Assembly (NCBI GenBank): GCA_013265495.1
Contig: MU058781.1
Location: forward strand, 6,662,522 to 6,726,521
Origin: Vicugna vicugna
Lineage: Eukaryota
Direction of reading: 5' to 3'
Length of the DNA: 64,000 bases
The notes below the pieces were generated by a model that saw only the letters and a program-made list of their open reading frames with translations, was not told where the DNA came from and did no database searches. Positions 53,001 through 64,000 of this stretch are shown in pieces. Position 1 is the first letter of the stretch; the number at the start of each line of letters is the position of its first letter. The position numbers and the translations under genes are program-made.

Positions 53001-53177
53001 GAAAAAAAAATGTGACAATGAATATATATATGTTCATGTTGTTCATGTGTAACTGAAAAATTGTGCTCTACACTGGAATTTGACACAACATTGTAAAATG
53101 ACTCTTACTCAATAAAAAAATGTAAAAAAAAAGAATTGGAAAAGAAAAAAATAAAACTGTCATTATTTGCAAAAAAA
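50038..53177 (+). mobile_element. LINE-1, 5'-complete but internally deleted (5'UTR + decayed ORF1 + ORF2 C-terminal stub + 3'UTR + polyA), antisense to KIF13A
   Basis: TSD aaaaaccacattttt at 50023-50037 and 53178-53192; starts gagggtagagaagcaagatggtgg (YY1-like site); GC-rich 5'UTR; ORF1-like peptides; ORF2 end (ctgtggaaaacagtatggag) from ~52437; A-rich tail. Confidence 0.93.
51383..52294 (+). pseudogene. Disrupted L1 ORF1p (RNA-binding chaperone)
   Basis: Coiled-coil-like N-terminus plus ENFPNL..AQRVP..PRHIIIKM..ILKAARE..IRLSADFS motifs; in-frame stops and frameshifts; ends MLKEILTGLL*. Confidence 0.9.
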
Positions 53178-53586
53178 AAAAACCACATTTTTCCAAAATC
53201 ATTTTTAATATCTTTCAATCACCCTCCAGGCAGAAAGTGATTAACCCAATACTTCTCTCCATAAAATTTAATTTCATGCAAAGAAATATTTCCAAACATA
53301 CACATCAGATATTTTGCTGTGAGTCAAAGCCTACTCTCTTTCAGATTTCTCCTTATTAAACTATTCAGTGTCATCTCAGATGTCACTCCCTTATGAAACC
53401 TTTCTGAAGGACACCACTTCTTACCCTGAATTTCATCCCCGTCGTACCAGACTGTGTGAGCGTGTGTATGAGAGAGATTCCCCTTGTTCTTCCACGTTGT
53501 GAATTCTGAGAGGGCAAGACCTTGGTTTTCCTAATGTTCTTATTGCTCATAATTTCACCAAACAAAAATACTCTGAGAATTTACTT

Positions 53587-53672
53587 TTTTTTTAATTGAA
53601 GTACAGTCAGTTACAATGTGTCAATTTCTGGTATACAGCACAAGGCCCCAGTCATGCATATACACATATATA
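53587..53672 (-). mobile_element. Short L1 3'-tail insertion
   Basis: poly(T) then aattgaagtacagtcagttacaatgtg (L1 3' end, reverse); TSD gagaatt(t/c)actt at 53575-53586 and 53673-53684. Confidence 0.75.
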
Positions 53673-55831
53673 GAGAATTCACTTGTTAAAGCAACTTCAT
53701 GGTGAATTACTTTTCAATCACATGGCCTTGTAAATCTGTGCTGTCACACACAATAGCTGTTTAAAACAGTGCACACTGGTCAGTGGGCCTCCTTCAGCAG
53801 TGCTGCAGTGGAGGAGGTGACACTCAATTGTGGAAGTGACAAGACTGGTATCACCCTATGGACATTATTTATCTGTTTATTGAATCCCCCCTTTTCCCCC
53901 AAAACAGAAACAAGCTCCCCTATCTGCCTATATACTATGTCAAGAGTCAGCCATCTCTTCAGCTCTGAGAGTTGCCACCAATGACCAAGAAATCCTCTGG
54001 GTGTTTTAAGCACAGTGGGAAGTCCAGGGGCAATAAGAAGAAAAAGCATAGAAGTGTAAGGGAACCTCTTCTTCCTGCACCCCTCTGCCTCTCTGCACCT
54101 CAGTGAGCTATAATTCATTTCCCAGACCTGCCTGAATGTCACCTCCTCCAGTGTTTCCTTGACGTCTCTCTCTGTGATGCCTTTGTCAATAGCTCAACCT
54201 CTTGAACACACACTCTACCTAAATAACCGCACATTTTACATTAAATTAGGGTTGTGGGAGTTTAAGCAAAAAGTCTACCTACCCCTACAATGCTCGGTGC
54301 ACAGTGGTAACTCAGTATACGGCAGCCACTGTTGGCGGTATTAACAGGATCCACTGATGGGCTCCTGCCCACAGTTAACAGTGCAGCTGTCCCTCACAGA
54401 GCATTTACGATGTGCCAGGCACCAACCTAAGTGTTTTACATGCTCATCAAGCTGGGATGTCTCCTGAGTGAGGACCTGTGCTAATTCATTTCTTTAATCC
54501 TTTCAGGCATAGACACAGTAGATAGGTACCCGGTATTTGCTGGATCAAATAAAGAGAGAAAAGTGAAAAGGCAAAAAAGAAGGTTCATATGGCCATGAGA
54601 AGTTCTGCTGCAGTTCACTGAGTTCTGTGGCAAAGGGATCAGTGCAAAACTTACTGTGTACTTCCTAGCCCCCAAATCCAGAATCATAAGGGCTTCTCTT
54701 TGGGGAAAAACATCCACTGCGTGGGCTTGCTTTGCTTTGCACGGAGGAGTGTGTCTCTCTGCACTCATTCTATATACTGTCAGCCTCCCCTCTTGGTACA
54801 ATTAATCCACTGTTCACATCCGCAGACCCAGCTGCTATTAACAGCCTGTTCTGGCCACTATCGACTTTGCAAACTGAGCCTGAGGTCTCTCCACAAACCT
54901 CTATTTCTCCAGTTTTATAAACACTGGCTGGCCAATGTCCTGTTGGTGATTACTTTTTAACTTTGTCAATTTGAAAGAGTACAATTAATATGAAAGACAT
55001 GTACCAAATTTGTTCACGTGTGACCACACTGTGTTATGAGAATTGAATCAGACCAAAAAATTGAAGTACTGTATTTCATGTCATGGTGAAATTTTCCTTC
55101 CAATGCCAAGTTTCAACATTTTCCACTCCTTTGTCTCTCTCTCTTAACATCAGAGATGTGAAACATCATAAAAAGGAAGAGTTAAGCCTCATTCATCTTG
55201 GAGAAGCTGGACAGAAATTGAAAGGAAAGCCTGTGTGATGACCGGAACTGTCTCCACCACTGCAATTTGCAAAAGCAGCCCGGCCAGCACTAACTCCAGC
55301 CTGGATTTGAGCATATCTGCTCCTGGGCACCGAAGAAGGAGCGCAAGAGTGATCATCCTCATTACTGATGAGTTCTATTGACAGATGCCAACTATACTTT
55401 GAAAAAGCTGTCAAGTAACTGCTGTCTTTTTGCAAGGTAATCAATCATGTCCTTTACAGACGCCTATATATGCATATCAGACAATGTCAATATTGCTTGA
55501 CTGTGAAGAAGTCAAAGCATCTTAAAGACTCAGAGCAAGCTGACAGCATCTGTCCCACATCTACAAGCAATGAGGCATGGTTCCTGATCCCAGGGGCTCC
55601 ACAATCTGCCGTAGGGAAAGACTGTGCTGCAGCACAGCTCACATTTCTAAGGGCACATGGAGCAGTGTCTCTTCAAAGAATTAATTTTATCTTTGCATTC
55701 ATTTAATAGGCATTTACTGAATCATTATGAGCTAGTTAGGACAGAAATAAGAGTCCTCCAGTTATAAGGGTTCTTACATTCTCTTAGAGGGAGGTAACCA
55801 AGAAAAGGCAAGAGCACGATATGTAGAAGTC

Positions 55832-56146
55832 AGTCTGGGTCTCTCTCAAGATCCCTGGGGGACTGGTTCTAGGACTCCCAAGGATACCAAAATCCAAGGA
55901 TGCTCAAGTCCCTTACACCAAACGGGATAGTGTTTGCATATAACCTCTATGCATCCTCCTGTATACTTTAAATCATCTCTAGATTACTTATAAAATCTAA
56001 TACAATGTAAACAGTTGCTGGAGTGTGGCACATTTAAGTTTTGCCTTTTGGAACTTCCTGGAATTTTATTTTCCCCTGAAAATTTCGAACTGCAGTTGGT
56101 TGAAGTTCTGGTTGTGGGACCCGCAGATACAGAGAGCTGACGGTAC
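55832..56146. mobile_element. Tigger-family MITE (MER2-like)
   Basis: ggataccaaaatccaaggatgctcaagtcccttac..tttgcatataacct..tactttaaatcatctctagattactta..gatacagagagctgacggta. Confidence 0.85.
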
Positions 56147-56609
56147 AGGGTCTGGCAGGAATACAAAGATGGAATAATTACAATGCAGGGCTGGGGAGGG
56201 GTGGGTGAGGTTCAGGAAATGTTTCTAAGGGAGCTTGAGCTGAATTCTGAAAAACAATTGTTCAGAAGACAAGTAGGAAAGGCATTCCAGGTAAAGGGTG
56301 AAGCTAGCAAGCAACAGATAAGGTGCAAACGGCAGTGGGGAAGGGAAGAAAGAGAGGAAGACCTGGGGGAACCGGCTGAGGCCAGCTCGTGGAAGACTTC
56401 ATGTGCTTCATTAAGAAGCCTGTGATTTAGCTTGCTGGCAGATGACAGGATCGCATTCCCACTGGGGAATAATCAGAGGCAGCAATATGTAAGATGGACT
56501 GAACTGGTGTGAGACAAGAGAAAAGGAGGCCAATGAGCAAACCATTATGATGAAGGTAAAAGTTTCTAATCTCCAGCCTCACTGGGATGGGGAGGAGCTG
56601 AAGAGAATA

Positions 56610-57220
56610 GTCACTCTTTTCTCTGTCCAGAACCCCACTCCTCATTTATTCTAGAAATAGCACCTTTTCCTTGGAGAATTATACTAACCTCCATTCCAGG
56701 CATTTGGGAACATGGGCTGCTGCCATATTTTTATATGGCATATAACATCACATATTATATATACATATGATTGTTTTGGGGGCGGGGGAGGCAGGGAAGA
56801 TACATACAGGGGCTCAAGCTGGGCCACTCACAGTCTCCTGATCCCCTGACCACAGTTAACTGGTCTCAAGTGGGTGCCTGATGGGATATTTTGGATTCGG
56901 GACTAAGAATGTCACATCCGTCTTTCTCTAATGACTGATGCTGTAAAATCTGGGACATGTTGAGGCCACGTTTCTAACCATGCAGACCAGAGAAGCCGAC
57001 ACAGCTGGTCTGCAGTGAGAGAGCGAGAACCTGAAGGGGACACACACACAGGGACAGCGACAGGAGATGGGGCGACAGGGAGAGTACTAGTATTTGAACC
57101 CCCGCAGCTTCCTGTCCCTGAGTTCTTCAGGACACCCCAGAGTCTTTCTAATACATTTATCTCATGGTTCATTTAGTTTGCGTTCCTGCCACTTTCAGCT
57201 GAAAGACCCCAACTACTGCA
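56610..57220 (+). mobile_element. Old ERVL-type LTR remnant (LTR33/LTR16-like)
   Basis: 3' end cctgccactttcagctgaaagaccccaactactgca resembles ERVL LTR termini; approximate. Confidence 0.4.
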
Positions 57221-58422
57221 GCGAGAAATACACATGAGACACGTTAGAAGAAATAACTAGGCTTGATCATCCACTGAACGTACTGAAAGCTATGAATATG
57301 AACAGTCCCATGGAAAAGGTACCCCCCAAAAGAGGGCTCTGAAAATCATCCAGAGAGTTTCAAAAATGCGAAAATAGGAACAAGTTCTCCCAAATCCCAG
57401 ACCAATATTTGGACAGAGCACAGAGCTTCCATTTATTACTAACTCATTTCCAACTCTTTCAAACACTCCATTCCTTTCATGTTTAATCCTTAATCATTCA
57501 GTTTTAAAATCTGCCTCACTAGTTGCTGAGGGACAATGGGGAGGTGACACAAACGCACAATCGGTGGCATTACTTTCATGGTTCTTTCATACCGTGATTA
57601 CTCCTCCCCCAAAAAACTAGTCACCCAAGTAAGATCTAGCAGCACATTCAAAAGGTAATGTGTCTGCAGACACAGACTATTTCTTCTTCAACAAAAACAG
57701 ACCAAACAATAAGATGCTAATGTCTAAGCATGTACCACATGTTCCCATATGTTGTCTCCAATAAATGATTACTGTTGCTCATTAAAAAGATAAAAAATTA
57801 AACCCAGATTGAATCTGAGTCATCCTAGTAGCAGACTACCATGGGCAATCTCAGAACTGCCAGACCGAGACCTCACCTCATCTGCCTACGACCCCCTTGC
57901 TGGACCAGGCCTGGCGGTCCAGCACATCAAAGAGGCTGGGCTGACTCTAAGGCCCCAGGTCACCAGGGACAGACGCACCTAAGATGGTCCAGGGCTTGCA
58001 GACATTTATTGTGCAGTCAGATCAAACTGGAAAGACTGACAGAGTTCACTCTGCTGGGGATGACCCAGCCCAAGGGGGACTCATGACACTCTGCCTAGCC
58101 CAACAGGCTTTCACTGTTCTGGATTCGGAGATCGGTCAATGCCAAGAGGCAAGGGAGATGGATCTCTTTTTCTCCTGGGGCCTATAATCCATGGAACCTC
58201 AGCCGTCAGCTGCACCTTTATGCATCCAGAGGCATACATACAGTCACAGTGGGAACAAATCTGGCTCTGAACAAAGCCAGGGAAAAGAAAAGGGGAGAGG
58301 GGTAGGGCCCGCAGACACTGCAAGATGAAATGCACAGCACTGTATTTCTGAGGACTTTTTGTTTCTTGGGAGGTTTGTTTTTGTTTTTGTTTTTGTTTTA
58401 AATGTGACTTAGAATGACTAAG

Positions 58423-58810
58423 CGTAGCGGGTTCTATTACTGTTCCAAATTGGTCGCCGTCTCCCTGTAAGCGGATGACACATCCATGGCCATTGCCATG
58501 TGACTGCAGTGCCTCTAGGAGGAGGAGTAGAATTCCTGACCCTGCGGACATCAGGCTTGGCCGTGTGACTTGCTTCAGCCAATTACATGTGGACAGAGAG
58601 CTGCCAGTTCAGAGCAACGGCTTTCGGAGGCCATGCCTGTTCTCCTTCTCCCCTCCGCCACAGTAGGAGCAAGCCCCAGGTTACAGGCACGTGGTGCAGA
58701 GCCACAGCTGACCTCAGCTGGCATGCAGGGAAATAAACCTTGGTTGTCTCAAGCCACTGAGCTTTATAAGGTTGTTATCATGCATCACCTAGCATGAACT
58801 GACTGTCACA
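58423..58810 (+). mobile_element. MaLR solo LTR (MLT1H/I-like)
   Basis: cttggccgtgtgacttgcttcagccaat..aaataaaccttggttgtctcaagccactgag..ctgactgtcaca. Confidence 0.7.
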
Positions 58811-59088
58811 CAAAGTGGTTATCATAAAGTGCCCCTAGATGGCTAACTACCCAGCATTCTCCACTCACAACGTCTCCTACATCCTGCAGCCAGATTAACT
58901 TCTTGCATGTACAGTTCGGATCACGCAGCTTTTCTATATAGAGATCCTAAATGATTTCTTCATAGCCTACCAGGGTAACATCAGGGCCCCAAACTGTCTA
59001 TGAGCTGTCTGCTTTCCTAGCTTTTTAATATGCAACTTCCTTTCATGTACTCTACACCCTAACCAAAAGTTGTACTTCCCAAGACATC

Positions 59089-59891
59089 TGTGATATTGTG
59101 AGAACACATGTCTTTGGCTCCCGACACAGAGTTCCTAAATCTCTTGGAGTTTTGTCAGTTACAGGAGGTCTTTTGTCCCTGACACTGGGCCCCTAACTCC
59201 CTTGCAGTTTCCCAGGTGGTGGAGCCGGACTTGCGGCGGAACTCCAGATAACTTCCGGATGGGGGCTGGCTGCCAGAAAGACCAAGCCTTGGTTAGAAGC
59301 CTACAACTTTCAGCCCCACTCCCCACAACCTCCAGGAAAGGGAGAGGGCTTAGAGACCGAGGTAATAATCGATCATGTCTACGTGACAAAACCTCCATAA
59401 AAATCCCCTAAATGACAAGGCTCAAAGAGCTCCAGGGTTGGTGAATACATTCATGTGCCAGGAAGGGGGTCCAACTCTATGGGGACAGAAGCTCCTGTGC
59501 TTGGAACACTTTCAGACTTCACTCTACATACCTCTTCAGCTGGCTGTTCATCTGTATCCTTAGTCACAAACCAGGAAACCCTAGTAAAAGTTTCCCTGAG
59601 ATTTGTAAGCTATTCTAGCAAATTATCAAACCTGAGGAGGGGGTCTTGGGAAGTCGTGGTTTGTAGCAAAGTTGGATGGAAGGGTGGGTGACCTGGGGAC
59701 CCACTAGCGGTGAGTGTCTGAAGGGGCTGAGCCCTGCACCTGCGGGCTCTGTGCCAACTCTGGGAGTTACTTTCAGAACTGAAGTGACTTGTAGGATACT
59801 CAGCTGGTGTCCAAAGAGAATTGCTTGGTGTGGAAAAACCCACACATCTGGCATCAGGCATGTTTTGAATAGAGGACCAGTGTTCCTTCAA
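59089..59891 (+). mobile_element. Solo LTR (MER21-like)
   Basis: Starts tgtgatattgtg; gggggctgg..ccagaaagaccaagcc..gaaaaacccacacatctgg motifs; 4-bp TSD catc at 59085-59088 and 59892-59895. Confidence 0.8.
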
Positions 59892-60451
59892 CATCAGTCA
59901 CTTTGTTTTTGTTCCTCACAACCATCTCCATTCCTGTACCATCTTCTGCCTTGTGAAACCTACCCCATACGTGAAGGCCCTCCTCAAGGTGCACTTTTAG
60001 CTAGGAAGCTGTCCTTCCTCTGAAGTTACAAAATATTGGAACAATGAATGATGGTGTTTATCAAATCCATTCTCCACTACCTACAGTGCTGTCGAGGCTC
60101 AGTCTCCTCACCACACTGTGACTGCCAGAGAGCAGGAACCACCAGTTTAATCACCTCTTGAGCCCCACCGACTCCTCAGACGATCCTGTCTACAAGCGTT
60201 CTCAATTAGTAATTGTCCGATAAATGACTTTTGAATGAATATGGTAAAGATGTTTCCGAGGAAGAATGCACAGCAGGAAGGCCGTGCTGTCATTCAGGTC
60301 GTGCAGCTGCAGCACGCAGGGACCCAGCTCTAAGGGCAGAAGTGTCAGGGGGACAGGAGAGCGGCTGCACTGACCAGGGGACAGAAACAAGCAAAAGCCT
60401 CAGGACGGATGCTGAAAAGATTTCCGTCCTCAGCCATGTGTCTGGCCTGAG

Positions 60452-60725
60452 ACAGCGCTGTCCAAGAGAACTATGATCCAAGCTACCTATGTAATTGAAG
60501 TTGTCCCTGTGGACACATTAAAAAGAGATTAAAAAATTTTTAATAATATTTTCATCTAATCTAATATATCCAAAATATTTATCTTATTTTTTTCTTCTCC
60601 CTAAAGTCTTCGATGTCTGTTGTGTATTTTACACTGACAAAACATCTCAGTTCTGAGCAGCCACGTGTCATGGGCTCAAAAGCCACATGTGGCTGTGGGT
60701 CTACTGTACTGGACGGCACAGGTCT
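60452..60725. mobile_element. hAT-Charlie MITE (MER33-like)
   Basis: tgtgtattttacactgaca..catctcagtt..agccacatgtggct..ctactgtactggacggcacag. Confidence 0.7.
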
Positions 60726-63415
60726 AGAACTCATCTCATTTGGGGCCCACACTTAGTTTTCAGAAATCCACAAAGGGAACGATTAAAATGATGGTGGTCC
60801 AGGTTGTAAAACAAGTCTGAATGAGACTGCACTCCCGATGGCTTAAGCTGTTCATAGTGAGATTCCCGCCTCCTTTCTTCTGAGCAATTTTTGTAAAGTC
60901 AGGTTTTCGGTACAGTAGTAGGACCCTTTAAAGGATACTGCTTTCAAAAAGTAATCATTTTATTTTGTTACCATGTCAGCTTCTACTGCTCATGATTTTG
61001 CCAGCAAACTTATGTCACTACCAGAAGGATTAAACACTTTGAAGTTAAATAGTTTCTAACAATGCTTGCAAATAAAATAACATTTAAAGTGAGTTTAATT
61101 AACAAGATCAAATTGTTCACATGAATCTTACGCTAGCTCGTGGAGGTATTAAAATGATGATCATGACTTTAAAAATGAGCAAATTGAGTAAGAAAAGAAT
61201 ATGATCCTAAACAAAGTCGTCTTGCAGATATTAAAAATTTCCCCAAACTCTTCCTTTTCACTCTTTCCCGCTTTCTCTACTCCATAAAACCAACAAATAG
61301 AAAAACCACTTTACAAACATGTGGGGTAACAGAGAGTAGAGGCGCCCAGAAGGCCTGGAACTGGAGCCAGTGGGTGGTCTCTCCACCAATTCATTCCTTA
61401 AGCCTCAGTCTCCTTGGTCTTAAATAAGAGGATCTCAATGGTCTGAGTTCAGAAATTTCTTGCAGCTCCAAAGTGCTCACTTGACACACGGAAGGTGCTC
61501 AAGTAAATACTGAGGAATGAAAAAGAAAACAGAAAAAGAAGGAAGAAGTCATGTGTTTTTCTCTGCATGTTTCACGGTGGCTCCCTAGGAAGGTAAGATA
61601 TTTGTGCCCAATATGACAAAAGTATGAAAAGTGAAGGGTCCAAGAACGTGCCAGACGTTCTGAGGGTCAACAGGGAAACCCAGAACTGGGCTTCTGAAGC
61701 CAAAGCTACTGGAACATTTTCCTATTTTCCATCAACAGGGCGTGCATAGTGCATAATTAGAGACCTTCACACACACGTGTCTTCTGCCTCTGTACCACCT
61801 CTGCCAAACTCCAGCGTTCGTGAGAAGGTGGCTAAACAATTCTCCCCTCTACTTCTGTCTGCAGTACCTCTAAGACAAAACCTTGGGCTCAAAACCACAG
61901 TCACACTGATAAGGAAAAACACACTCACGTCAACTCCGAAAATTAGGAGACAAAGGCTCTTTGTTTTAAACTAACGAGGAGGCATAAAGTAGGTGTCTCC
62001 ATGTTCGTCAAGAAGTTTACTTTTCTTTTTAAGGGAAATAGAAAACACTTCAATAAACATTGCATAATACGCTACTGATGAAAGGATTAAAAGGTATGCA
62101 CTTGGCCCATACTGATATAAATGCTTCTCTGCTCCGGAGTCCAAGTTTACAAAATGTAACACCAAAGAGAAAAAGCCCAAATACATAGTATGAAACAATT
62201 TACACAAGCATACATTTGTGTAAATTTCCCTTTCCATCTTCACATGCTACATACACATGCAATACAAAAAATGTTCAGTCTCACTTTTAAATGTCAACCA
62301 GAATATCATTTCCTTGCCCTAATACAACACTAGAAAAAAACAACATTTAAAAACAAAGGAAACTCAGTTCAGTCAGAACAAGTGCATGTGTCCTCCATGC
62401 CATCACCAGCAGCAGCATCACACGAGTGCCTGGTTTCTCTTCTGAGTTTCCACTGACTCTTCCCCCTCTTTCCATTTCCCAGAGCAGGCTGGGTCCCAAG
62501 GTGCTGGCCTCTATTCTCTCATGATTTCTTTTCCACTTCATTCCTTCTTCCTTGACAACATAACAGATCCTTCTTTCTTTATCTCCTATCTCCTTTCCAC
62601 AAGAATTTGCCTGACCTTTCCAAGGCCGACTGCAAACCTCGTACGACCTGCTCGGCATCTACGTCAGGTGCTTTGCCACCGTCTCCAATGCTACCCACTC
62701 TAAAGCTGAACCCATTAACTGCTCCCTGTACCAAACCAGTTCCTTCTTTTGTTCCTGCTGAATTTTCAGCCACTCAGTCGCAAAGTCCAGGTTCATCTCT
62801 CACTCTTCTTGCTGTACTGTCTTCTCCCACATGCTATCAGCATCCGAGTCCTGGATACTTTATTTCGGCAATGTTTTGATAATTCTTCCTTTCCTCTTCT
62901 CCAGTCTCATGGTAACGCTCCAAGGCAGACCCTCATTACCTGTTTTCTGGCACATTTTATTGAATACCATCCCCAGGCCACCCACTGACCAAACCCAACT
63001 CGTTTTATGCTGTTTTCAGATTAACCTTCCAAAAGGGAGCAGAGCCTAAGGCGACTGTTTAACAGGCAATAGACACTGAATGTATCAAGGTCCAACCCTG
63101 GCATCAAAGCCTTCTACAGCCGGACTTGGTTTCAACCTCTTTCTAGACATGCCACCCAGGAACCCTCTTCATGACTGAGTAGTCCAACTCTATGCTTTGT
63201 CATTCTCTGAATACAGCTGACACTCATTTCTCCATCTCTTAGAATGTCTACAACCCAATGACCAAATCTATGTGGGATGTTAATAAAAAGGTCTTGTGCA
63301 TTTTTCACTAAGCATATCCCTAAATATTTAATGTTTTTGAAGGTACTGTACATTATTGGGCTGTTGTTAATTTTTATTTTCTAACTGTTCACACTAGTAC
63401 AGAGAAGTGCAATTT

Positions 63416-63488
63416 GTATTGAGGACTGAACCCTGAACCTCATGCACACGAAGCATGTGCCCTACCACTTGAGCGATACTCTCCCCCT
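63416..63488 (-). mobile_element. Tail-less, diverged tRNA-derived SINE between two old L1 fragments
   Basis: ctgaaccctgaacctcatgcacacgaagcatgtgccctaccacttgagcgatactctcccc; L1 RT-like KNIKYLGICL fragment on the left, L1 3'-end sequence on the right. Confidence 0.75.
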
Positions 63489-64000
63489 ACAGTCCTATGA
63501 GTTTTGATAAATGCATAATGTCATATATTCTCCCTTACAGTATTATACAGAATAGTGTCACTGTCCTAAAAATCCTGTGCTTCACCCATTTATTCATCTC
63601 TCCTCTTCTCCCACTCCTCCTGGCAACTACTGGCTCCCCCCACCCCTCATCTAGCAGAAGGGACCCAAGTTTGCACTGAATCTCAATTAGGATTTAAAGT
63701 AGATCTGGCATACTGTAAGTGCTAAAATAAAGATAGCTATTATTAATAGCAGCAATGAAAGCAGCATTCTAAGTGTATGGTTCTAAGGATAGATATAAAG
63801 AATGTGAGACTTTTTCCTGCGTAACAGTTGGAATAGTGATAACTCAACCAAATATTCAAAATGACAGCCCCTCCCATCTCCTAATCAGCACTCCTACTTT
63901 AGAATATCTGTTAGTGAAATGCACAAAATCCTTACACATCACAGAAACAGTAAATATTGCAGGTGGGTGATTATTATTTACCATCGTCATGAAATTAGAT

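Noticed and set aside
58365..58377. Near-match to the 13-nt KIF13A micro-exon 3 as I recall it (AAACCTCCCAAG, 'KPPK') on the minus strand
   Set aside because: Flanked by aaac and aaac rather than AG and GT, next to a (TTTTTG)n run. The real micro-exon probably lies beyond position 64000, though I cannot exclude having missed it.

Overview
Mammalian genomic DNA lying entirely inside the kinesin-3 gene KIF13A, which is on the minus strand. I mapped 13 consecutive coding exons with canonical AG/GT boundaries between 44700 and 1502. They are exons 4-16 by my recollection of human numbering and give 1627 nt of spliced, in-frame CDS: motor domain with P-loop, switch I and switch II, neck coil/CC1, FHA domain and the segment after it. 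The 5' and 3' exons lie outside the window. tRNA-derived SINEs matching the Vic-1 type point to a camelid genome (inference). The introns hold ordinary mammalian repeats (L1, L2, MIR, MaLR/ERV LTRs, MER DNA transposons), and most ORFs in the supplied track are non-coding noise. The most notable items are: (1) a 3.1-kb TSD-flanked L1 that keeps its 5'UTR and ORF1 but lacks almost all of ORF2 (half-L1-like) and carries an apparent 3' transduction; (2) a SINE copy with a unique 3' tag consistent with Pol III read-through transduction; (3) a 263-bp tandem duplication that looks like an assembly artefact; (4) a tandem AAG/GAG/TAG acceptor at exon 7; (5) a PBX/MEIS motif cluster. I see no convincing evidence of a wholly new biological system. 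Repeat subfamily names are from pattern recognition, not a database search.
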